Source: an uncultured Acidimicrobiaceae bacterium (GTDB taxonomy: Bacteria > Actinomycetota > Acidimicrobiia > Acidimicrobiales > SZUA-35). From it: a stretch of DNA of 64,000 nucleotides. The stretch lies in assembly GCA_964351995.1 (NCBI GenBank), contig CAYGQE010000006.1, positions 65,045-129,044 on the forward strand, in the 5' to 3' direction. Positions 63,190-64,000 of this stretch are shown here, in pieces; the stretch's first letter is position 1; every line of letters begins with the position of its first letter. A program made the translations under genes and the position numbers. The notes beneath the pieces are model-generated. The model made no database searches and was not told where the DNA came from. It worked only from the letters and a program-made list of their open reading frames with translations.

Positions 63190-63927
63190 TTACTCAGCGC
63201 TGTCCGCGAGTCGGTGCAGGGTGGGGGCCAGTACCGAACGGATCGACCGCACGAACGCATCGGACATGAGTTGATGGCCCAAGTCGTTGGGGTGGAACCG
63301 GTCGTCGGCAACGCGGTCGAACACGCCGCCGGGCCCAGGTTCGCGCCACGGGTCGACGAGAACGAGCGCACGATCCGTGGCTGCCTGCTTGAGTGCTCGA
63401 TTGGTGAGAACCACGCGTGACGAGCTGCCGGCGATGGTCGACATCACAGCGGGGCGCGGAAGCTGATCAGCAAGGTCCTCGACCTGATCGCGCAACTCGG
63501 TGACGTTGGTTCGGCCCCACAGGACATCGTTGGTGCCAACGCACGCCGTGGTCAGCGCGGGCTGATGACCGGCGGCAACGAGTGAGGCAAGCACGGGGGC
63601 GTGCATCTCCAACGAGTCGACGATGCGCGCTCCCGACATCGCGAGATTGATGACACGCCACGTCGGGTCTGACTCGCGAAGTGCTGCCAGCGTGTGTCCG
63701 ACCCACCCCATGTCTGGTGCTGACGCCCCGATGCCGAGGCACGTCGAATCACCGATGGACACCCAGAGCGGGCCATCCGCGGCCACGGCTAGTTGATTCT
63801 GTTCAGACCACCAGTTCGTGTACGGCTCGATCTGCCTGCCGACCCGGCGCACACCGCGTGCGACCAAGCCGATGGCCCGAAGGCCTCGACCGGAGGGTTT
63901 GACGATGAGAGGCGGGATCGAATCCAC
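63190..63927 (-). CDS. SGNH/GDSL hydrolase family protein
   Basis: Block I SIGDSTCLG, block III GTNDV, and block V DRFHPN. Confidence 0.8.
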   Translation of the reverse strand: MDSIPPLIVKPSGRGLRAIGLVARGVRRVGRQIEPYTNWWSEQNQLAVAADGPLWVSIGDSTCLGIGASAPDMGWVGHTLAALRESDPTWRVINLAMSGARIVDSLEMHAPVLASLVAAGHQPALTTACVGTNDVLWGRTNVTELRDQVEDLADQLPRPAVMSTIAGSSSRVVLTNRALKQAATDRALVLVDPWREPGPGGVFDRVADDRFHPNDLGHQLMSDAFVRSIRSVLAPTLHRLADSAE

Positions 63928-64000
63928 CGACAGAGTCTGCCGCGGCCTCTGTGCGGACCGGCTGAGTTCTCGCCCGAGTGCGTGCCCGGAGACCTAGCCT

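Noticed and set aside
1-64000. tRNA, rRNA, transposase, integrase, prophage and toxin-antitoxin pairs
   Set aside because: I found no T-arm-like GGTTCGAAT-type sequences, no rRNA-like stretches, no DDE, tyrosine- or serine-recombinase motifs, no terminal inverted repeats flanking any block, and no compositional island apart from short AT-richer promoter patches.

Overview
High-GC chromosomal segment with clear Actinomycetota signatures: two WhiB-family genes, a PdtaS-type kinase next to a WhiB1-like gene, a DUF3107 gene plus paired ArsA/Get3-like ATPases, and a glutaredoxin/mycoredoxin-like CPFC protein. About 65 protein-coding genes are tightly packed. I found no rRNA, tRNA, CRISPR array, transposase, integrase or prophage signal, so this looks like core genome rather than a mobile island. 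Many long ORFs in the six-frame track are antisense shadows typical of high-GC DNA and were rejected. Recognisable blocks: small redox and detox enzymes (1-6.3 kb); a LysR regulator with a Gfo/Idh/MocA plus LLM oxidoreductase operon; a Fe-S/ATPase neighbourhood (cysteine desulfurase, Mrp/ApbC, DUF3107, two ArsA-like); pdtaS-whiB1; etfBA; a minus-strand run of poorly understood genes (DUF1800, Tat-DUF1501, TPM-like membrane protein, Cas4-like nuclease, DUF2510, degenerate Hsp70-like) next to an OmpR/HK pair; a sugar ABC operon ending in a GH13_18 sugar phosphorylase; ABC1 kinase, ferrochelatase and a second WhiB-like gene; a HelD-like helicase; a GyrA-box-less type IIA topoisomerase A-B operon; and a GGDEF-EAL protein divergent from a tail-anchored HEPN protein. 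The most interesting signal is two paralogous CarH/LitR-type regulators (excisionase/MerR-like HTH, W-x9-E-H motif, B12-binding Rossmann domain). Each is followed on the same strand by direct repeats with an 18-bp period placed in front of the next gene. One sits upstream of a WhiB-like gene and a roughly 400-nt structured non-coding region. The other sits upstream of the topoisomerase operon behind a 4 x 18-bp tandem-repeat leader. A B12- or light-gated link to a topoisomerase is an inference from sequence only and needs comparative and experimental testing. All product calls rest on motifs read by eye from the supplied translations; no database search was possible.
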